Origin: Ferroglobus placidus DSM 10642
Lineage (GTDB): Archaea > Halobacteriota > Archaeoglobi > Archaeoglobales > Archaeoglobaceae
Direction of reading: 5' to 3'
Length of the DNA: 32,000 bases
Assembly: GCF_000025505.1 (NCBI RefSeq)
Contig: NC_013849.1
Location: forward strand, 2,100,001-2,132,000
Positions 26,561 through 32,000 of this stretch are shown here, one piece after another. The translations under genes and the position numbers were made by a program. Every line of letters begins with the position of its first letter. Position 1 is the stretch's first letter. The notes beneath the pieces are model-generated. The model had not been told where the DNA came from, made no database searches, and saw only the letters and a list, made by a program, of their open reading frames with translations.

Positions 26561-28636
26561 TTAAATCGACCCTATTTTGGCTGCAAGCTTCGCGAGAACT
26601 TCTTTTCTCTTTGCGGCTATGAACTTAATGCTCCCAACGACGAGGTGTCCTCCCCCATCGACTCCGGCGTTAACCTCCTCTCTAAGCTCTCTCACGAGTC
26701 TTGGAATGTCCAGCATGACTCCCTCGCTCCTTATAACTGCGAAGTCGGGTCCGTAGCCGATAGTCACTATCCTCTCGTACTTCTGCTTTAATCTGTCGTG
26801 CACTTCTCCGGTAAGCTTTCCGGGAGGTGGAAACTCGAATCTCTTAGCGTAGTTTTCCACGTCCAAAGCAGCTAAGGCTATACCATTGGGCAAAATCTGC
26901 ACTTTGACGCTTTCCATAGCGGTCTTCACTTGCTCTTCTATGCTCTTCATCGCATACTCGTAAAGCATTTCCACGAGCTTTATTTGTCTGTCTTTCCTTC
27001 CGAATCCGAGTATCTCGTGCATTATCTGGCTCGCAGGTCTGAATCTCAGGAAGAATCCTTCGTACTCCACAGCCAAGACGACTTTCTTCAGGAACTCCAC
27101 GTCAGCCTTAGCGACTTCGATGTACTTCTCCACCTCTCCCTCAGCCCTATCCCCTACGACGCTTATAGCTGCAAGATGCTCGAAATTTCTGTCGCTGATC
27201 ATCCTCGCTATTTCAACGCAAAGGACGCCAGAGGTGTAGTTGCTGTCTCCTCCAGCTTTGTAAGGATTTACGTGGTAAAGCAAGTACTTATCGACTTCCT
27301 CGTCCGGAAAGTGGTGGTCTATCGTTATTACGTCTGCTCCGAATGCTAAGAACTGCCTTATAGCCGGGATGTCTTCGTGTCCAGATCCGTTGTCAACCAA
27401 AACGACGAGGGGAATCTTGTCTCCAAATTTTTCCGCATCGTCAAGAGATTCGTCTAAATCTTTAACGACGTCTTCAAGCTCGTAGAAAGGGGCTCTCGAA
27501 ACTCTCCTCCTAACGAGGTAATTTTTCGCATCTGGGTCGGGATGGTTCTTTTCCACGTAATCCTTCAAGGCAATTTCCAAAGCGACTCCTCCGCAAACTC
27601 CGTCGGCATCCCAGTGGTGACGAATTACAACTGGTCTCGATTCGAGAATCGCTTTCCTCAACTCTTTAGCTACTGCAAGCATGGTATCTTTTAAATTTTC
27701 GAGGACTTCGCTTTCTATTAGAAAACCTTTGAATTCCGGCTCGCTCCTTCTCTCTATCTCGCTTTCTATCGCTTTTTTTATTCCGTAAGCCTCTTCTCCA
27801 AGCAGCCTTTCCATCTCGTAAACTTCCATCTGAAGCTTCGTTTCCCTTCTCTTTATAACTCCTATAGCTCTAACGACGTCTCCAACGTTTATTTCCGGAT
27901 ACGCTCTATCCCCGTCTTCGAAAGCTGCCGCGTTTATAGCTGAGCTTTCGTCGACTATCGTGAAAATTGTCGGTCCGGCAGTTAGCTTGATGTGCGTAAC
28001 GAGCCCCCTTATTTCGACGATCTTGCCTATGTTCTTCTCCGCTTCCGAAATCGGAATCGTCTTAACCTGCTTCGAAACCTCCACGACTTCGTAGGAATCC
28101 ATCGGATGCAATTCGAGGTCTATTTCTCCGGAAGGTCTTATCGAGGTAACCTTCACAGTCACTTCATCTCCTTCGTTCAGGTAAGCATTTTTCAAGTTCT
28201 TTTTGTGAATGAGTCCCTTCAGCCTTTTGTTGAGCTGTACGAAGGCACCTATGTCTGTTAAGCTGACGACTTTCCCGACGTAAACTCTGTTGAGCCTTAT
28301 GTCTTCTATTCCGCAGCTGTTCCTTAAAAGATAAGCGTGCGGCTTCTTTCTGCACTCGTTGCACAGGTCGGAGGAGCCTACAATTTGCTTTCCGCAGATT
28401 TTGCACTTGCTCGACTTTCCGCTTCCCTTGCAAGCGTCGCAAACTACGAGCCTCGTTCTTTCACCGCTTCCCTTGCAAACCCCGCAAATACCTTTTGCGA
28501 AAAGCTGAAGCTGTTCTGAGGTTAGCTCTGCTGTAAGCCTCGGGTTGAAGCTCTTCGCTTTACCGCTTCCCTCGCAGATGTTGCAGACTTCCTTTACCTC
28601 GATATATCCCTTGCCGCCACACTTGGGACAGCTCAT
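26561..28636 (-). CDS. DHH-family phosphoesterase (RecJ-like) with N-terminal DnaJ-type zinc finger, S1 and OB-fold domains
   Basis: Repeated CxxCxGxG-type Cys motifs at N-terminus; S1-like KVVSLTDIGAFVQLNKRLKGLIHKKNL; OB-fold region; DHH core RHHWDADGVCGG, LVDNGSGHEDI, DHHFP; DHHA1-like GGGHLVVG. Confidence 0.92.
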   Translation of the reverse strand: MSCPKCGGKGYIEVKEVCNICEGSGKAKSFNPRLTAELTSEQLQLFAKGICGVCKGSGERTRLVVCDACKGSGKSSKCKICGKQIVGSSDLCNECRKKPHAYLLRNSCGIEDIRLNRVYVGKVVSLTDIGAFVQLNKRLKGLIHKKNLKNAYLNEGDEVTVKVTSIRPSGEIDLELHPMDSYEVVEVSKQVKTIPISEAEKNIGKIVEIRGLVTHIKLTAGPTIFTIVDESSAINAAAFEDGDRAYPEINVGDVVRAIGVIKRRETKLQMEVYEMERLLGEEAYGIKKAIESEIERRSEPEFKGFLIESEVLENLKDTMLAVAKELRKAILESRPVVIRHHWDADGVCGGVALEIALKDYVEKNHPDPDAKNYLVRRRVSRAPFYELEDVVKDLDESLDDAEKFGDKIPLVVLVDNGSGHEDIPAIRQFLAFGADVITIDHHFPDEEVDKYLLYHVNPYKAGGDSNYTSGVLCVEIARMISDRNFEHLAAISVVGDRAEGEVEKYIEVAKADVEFLKKVVLAVEYEGFFLRFRPASQIMHEILGFGRKDRQIKLVEMLYEYAMKSIEEQVKTAMESVKVQILPNGIALAALDVENYAKRFEFPPPGKLTGEVHDRLKQKYERIVTIGYGPDFAVIRSEGVMLDIPRLVRELREEVNAGVDGGGHLVVGSIKFIAAKRKEVLAKLAAKIGSI

Positions 28637-28716
28637 CTCAGGTTCAAATTTCCGGAGGGGAATTTTAAAGATTACCTCAATGCGAAAGCTTATAAATTCT
28701 CGGGAAGATTAACATT

Positions 28717-29031
28717 GTGAAAATGGGTTTGAAATCGCCTTGCGAAGAAGTAGCTTTGAAGGTTCTTCCGATGATAAGAGGTGAGCTGGCGAGAGAGCTC
28801 GTGGAGAGAGGATTAAGTAAGAAGGAGGTAGCCGAGATTCTCGGAGTTACCGTCGCTGCGATAAGTCAGTACACTAAGGGTAAGAGGGGCGTTCTAAAAG
28901 ACGAGAGGATTCGGGAGAACATAAAAGATCTCGCGGAGGAAATCGTCAGCGGTAAAATTAAGGGGGACGATCTAAGCAGGAAGATTTGCGAAATCTGCGG
29001 AATGATTAGAAAGAATGCTGAGCAGTCTTAA
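28717..29031 (+). CDS. XRE-like helix-turn-helix transcriptional regulator
   Basis: ELVERGLSKKEVAEILGVTVAAISQYTKGKRG; C-terminal CEICG. Confidence 0.85.
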   Translation: MKMGLKSPCEEVALKVLPMIRGELARELVERGLSKKEVAEILGVTVAAISQYTKGKRGVLKDERIRENIKDLAEEIVSGKIKGDDLSRKICEICGMIRKNAEQS

Positions 29032-29584
29032 AGATAAGATCAGCGACCTCTTAAAGCCGATAACGAAGATCGTATCGAAAACCGGGATAAGTCCGAACAC
29101 TTTAACGCTTCTCGGATTAATCGCGGGATTCGCAGCCTCCTATTTCGTTGCTTTCGGAGGAAAAGTCGAGGCTCTCTTAGCCGTTATCGTAGCTTCTCTT
29201 TTCGATCTGCTGGATGGAGCTTTAGCGAGAAACGAAGGGATGAAAACAGCAAGAGGGGGTTTTCTCGATTCCGTCTTCGATAGGTACGTGGATGCAGCTT
29301 TAATCCTCGCTCTCGGAATTAGAGTCGATGAGATTTTTCTGGCTGCGATAGCTTTGGTGGGAGCTTACATGGTAAGCTATACGAGGGCGAGAGCTGAAAA
29401 GGAGATAGAGAAGTGTGACGTTGGAATTGCCGAGAGAGGAGAAAGAATAATTATTATTCTTGTCGGAATCGCTTTCTCTCTCGAATACTACGCTTTGATA
29501 GCCTTAGCAATCCTGTCGCATCTAACAGCTCTCCACAGAATAATTTACGCCTACGGGAAAATCAAAGAAAAGGAGTCAGGCTGA
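29015..29584 (+). CDS. CDP-alcohol phosphatidyltransferase (archaetidylinositol-phosphate-synthase-like)
   Basis: DLLDGALARNEGMKTARGGFLDSVFDRYVDA matches the CDP-OH-P transferase motif DGxxAR...GxxxDxxxD. Confidence 0.9.
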   Translation: MLSSLKDKISDLLKPITKIVSKTGISPNTLTLLGLIAGFAASYFVAFGGKVEALLAVIVASLFDLLDGALARNEGMKTARGGFLDSVFDRYVDAALILALGIRVDEIFLAAIALVGAYMVSYTRARAEKEIEKCDVGIAERGERIIIILVGIAFSLEYYALIALAILSHLTALHRIIYAYGKIKEKESG

Positions 29585-29959
29585 GCGCATTCTAAACTTT
29601 ACGAGGTATTCGATTCCGAGCTTTTGAACGTCCTCCTTCAAGCTTAAGATTTCGTTTTCGAGTTCCTCCATCGAGTCGAGTCTTGCTTTCGCTTCGAGAT
29701 TCTTCAAGAGGTAAAGAGACCTCATTATCTCGTCTTTTAGCAGAGGGCAGTTGAAACACCTCTCCAAATTCTCTTTGATAAAGTTCACCTTCCTCCTCAT
29801 CGATTTAACACTTCTCACGAGATCGTCCTCTTCCTCTCTCTTAAATCTTGCACAGTCAACGCAGTAATTCACCGCTACGTCAAAACAATTCTCGCAAATA
29901 TATCTGTAGCATCTCGGACAAATTGTTACAGCTTTCTCACCACAAATTTCGCACTCCAT
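29576..29959 (-). CDS. Small B-box/zinc-finger-like protein, unknown function
   Basis: 127 aa; MECEICGEKAVTICPRCYRYICENCFDVAVNYCVDCARF Cys pairs, then a coiled-coil-like region. Confidence 0.7.
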   Translation of the reverse strand: MECEICGEKAVTICPRCYRYICENCFDVAVNYCVDCARFKREEEDDLVRSVKSMRRKVNFIKENLERCFNCPLLKDEIMRSLYLLKNLEAKARLDSMEELENEILSLKEDVQKLGIEYLVKFRMRSA

Positions 29960-30040
29960 CTTAAATTTCTCATCAAGCTACCTTCATAAAAAAGAATCGG
30001 TAACGACATGTTTTTATTTCCCTACGCTTTTCCGCTTTGC

Positions 30041-31291
30041 ATGGGCAAAACCATTGCCGAGAAGATACTCAGCGAGAAAAGCGGCAAAGATGCTTATGCT
30101 GGAGACATAGTTATTGCGAAAGTTGATAGAATTGCTTTGCAAGACGGAACTGCCCCTTTAGCAATAAAACAAGTTGAGAAGCTCGGATTGGAAGTTAAAG
30201 CTGCAAAAATAACTCACTTTTTCGTCGACCACGCAGCTCCATCGCCGAGAAAGGAGCTTAGCAACGATCAGAAGCTAATTAAAGAGTTCGCCGAAAAGGT
30301 AGGGGCGGAATTCAACAAACCGGGAGAGGGAATAATTCATCAGCTTATGGTTGAAAGATACGTAAATCCCGGAGATTTGATTGTTGGTGCAGATTCTCAC
30401 ACTTGCACCTACGGAGCTCTTGGAGCTTTCGCCACCGGAATGGGATCGACGGACATTGCTATAGCGATGGCTCTGGGAAAGAACTGGTTCAGGGTTCCCG
30501 AGAGCTTTAAAATAGTAGTCGAGGGAGAATTCCAGAAAGGAGTTTTCGCCAAAGATTTGATACTCTGGATAATCGGAGAGCTTGGAGTTGACGGAGCAAC
30601 GTATAAAGCTCTGGAATTTCACGGAGAAACGATCGACAAGCTCGACATGGACTCGAGGCTGACAATTGCTAACATGGCCATAGAGTGCGGAGCTAAAGCT
30701 GGGCTTTTCAAGAGCGACGAGGTCACGAAGAAGTTTTTGATGGAGAGGGGGAGAGGAGATAAGTTCAGGGAGATAAAGCCGGATGAGGATGCGGAATACG
30801 AGAAGGAGATGTACTTCGACGTTTCGGATCTAACTCCGATTGTAGCTAAGCCTCATCAGGTTGATAACATAGCGAGAATCGACGAGGTGGAGGGAGTAAA
30901 GGTTGATCAGGTTTTCGTGGGAACGTGCACCAACGGAAGGCTTTCGGATTTGGAAGTGGTCGCGAGGATTCTTAAGGGTAGAAAAGTTCACAAAGATGTC
31001 CGACTTCTCGTAGGTCCGGCAAGCAGGGAAGTTTACATGAAAGCTCTTGAAAGGGGATACATTCAGGAGATAATCAAAGCTGGAGGAGTAATTTTACCTC
31101 CGGGCTGCGGACCTTGCGTTGGAATTCACTTGGGAATTCTCGCTGACGGGGAGGTTTGCCTCTCAACCCAAAACAGAAACTTCAAAGGAAGAATGGGGAA
31201 TCCGAACGCTGAAATTTATCTCTCCTCACCAGCCACGGCTGCAGCTTCGGCAATAGAGGGGAAAATAGCGGATCCGAGAAAGTACCTCTAA
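30041..31291 (+). CDS. leuC: 3-isopropylmalate/homoaconitate dehydratase large subunit (aconitase family); ORF opens at 30008, likely start at 30041
   Basis: MGKTIAEKILSEKSG, IVGADSHTCTYGALGAFATGMGSTDIA, VFVGTCTNGRLSDLEVVARIL, LPPGCGPCVGIHLGILADGEVCLSTQNRNFKGRMG (Fe-S cysteines). Confidence 0.9.
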   Translation: MGKTIAEKILSEKSGKDAYAGDIVIAKVDRIALQDGTAPLAIKQVEKLGLEVKAAKITHFFVDHAAPSPRKELSNDQKLIKEFAEKVGAEFNKPGEGIIHQLMVERYVNPGDLIVGADSHTCTYGALGAFATGMGSTDIAIAMALGKNWFRVPESFKIVVEGEFQKGVFAKDLILWIIGELGVDGATYKALEFHGETIDKLDMDSRLTIANMAIECGAKAGLFKSDEVTKKFLMERGRGDKFREIKPDEDAEYEKEMYFDVSDLTPIVAKPHQVDNIARIDEVEGVKVDQVFVGTCTNGRLSDLEVVARILKGRKVHKDVRLLVGPASREVYMKALERGYIQEIIKAGGVILPPGCGPCVGIHLGILADGEVCLSTQNRNFKGRMGNPNAEIYLSSPATAAASAIEGKIADPRKYL

Positions 31292-31325
31292 ATTTTTATT
31301 CCGATTAGTAATAAGCTGCTCGAAA

Positions 31326-32000
31326 ATGGACGTGGCTGAGGAGATCAGGAGGCTCGAAGAGGAAATAAGGAGAACGCCCTACAATAAAGCGACGGAACAT
31401 CACATAGGCAGGCTTAAAGCTAAGCTTGCGAGGCTTAGAGAAGAGGCTGAGAAGCAGAGGAGAAAGAAGAGCGGAGAAGCTTACGCGATAAAAAAGGAGG
31501 GAGACGCTACGGTCGTTTTGGTCGGCTACCCTTCTGTTGGAAAGTCTACTCTCCTCAACGCTTTAACCGGAGCGAAGAGCGAAGTGGCTGATTACGCTTT
31601 CACCACTCTTAAGCCAACTCCCGGAATGCTCGAATACAAAGGAGCGAAGATTCAGATTATAGACGTTCCCGGAGTAATAGAGGGAGCATCTCAGGGAAGA
31701 GGAAGGGGAAGGGAAATTCTCTCGGCTATAAGAGTCGCGGATCTTATTGTCATCGTGGCTGACGTTTTCAACGTTCACACCATCGATCTCGTTAAAAAAG
31801 AGCTTTACAACGCAGGTTTCAGATTGAACGAGAAGAAGCCGGAGGTTTACATAAAGAAGACAGTCACGGGAGGAATAAACGTAAAGACGACGGTCAAGCT
31901 GTCTTTGAGCGAGGAAACTATAAAGTCTATACTCAGGGAGTACAAGATCCACAGCGGAGAGGTTTTGATCAGAGAAGACGTGACGATAGACAGGCTTATC
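31326..32000 (+). CDS. OBG/DRG-family GTPase, partial (runs off the window)
   Basis: Conceptual translation MDVAEEIRRLEEEIRRTPYNKATEHHIGRLKAKLARLREE...VVLVGYPSVGKSTLLNALTGAKSEVADYAFTTLKPTPGMLEYKGAKIQIIDVPGVIEGAS. Confidence 0.93.
   Translation, partial: MDVAEEIRRLEEEIRRTPYNKATEHHIGRLKAKLARLREEAEKQRRKKSGEAYAIKKEGDATVVLVGYPSVGKSTLLNALTGAKSEVADYAFTTLKPTPGMLEYKGAKIQIIDVPGVIEGASQGRGRGREILSAIRVADLIVIVADVFNVHTIDLVKKELYNAGFRLNEKKPEVYIKKTVTGGINVKTTVKLSLSEETIKSILREYKIHSGEVLIREDVTIDRLI

Noticed and set aside
31563-31952. 129-aa minus-strand ORF at the right edge.
   Set aside because: Antisense to the OBG/DRG GTPase, whose G1 (GYPSVGKST) and G3-type (DVPGVIEG) motifs are clear on the plus strand.

Overview
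The gene content (archaeal tRNA, archaeal-type DRG GTPase, PGF-CTERM-like surface protein, DHH/RecJ-like protein, R15P isomerase, CDP-alcohol phosphatidyltransferase) points to a euryarchaeal chromosome, probably an Archaeoglobales member (inference). Most of the window is compactly packed housekeeping or metabolic genes: thiolase, asparagine-synthase-like, MBL hydrolase, flippase-like membrane protein, trpS, ribose-1,5-bisphosphate isomerase, ROK protein, AMMECR1, TrmO-like, leuC-like and an OBG/DRG GTPase. Three areas stand out. (1) A sulfur-carrier/redox cassette (DsrE-like, TusA-like, FAD oxidoreductase, DUF1641-like; 5.9-8.2 kb) sits downstream of a palindrome-containing intergenic region. 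(2) An accessory patch (about 8.7-11 kb) lies beside a tRNA-Ile. It holds a RelE-type TA pair, a winged-helix gene broken by an in-frame TAG and truncated at an IS end, an IS6/IS240-like element with a frameshifted transposase, and a VapBC-type pair whose toxin is cut by an in-frame TAG. (3) A probable organic-acid catabolism/uptake module (11.1-17.8 kb) has an acyl-CoA dehydrogenase, two adjacent class III CoA-transferases (one apparently lacking the catalytic Asp), a sodium:solute symporter preceded by a small membrane protein ORF with an in-frame TGA, and an HTH_10-like regulator. A 993-aa surface protein with four tandem Cys-containing repeats is also notable. I do not see convincing evidence for a wholly new defence or mobile system.
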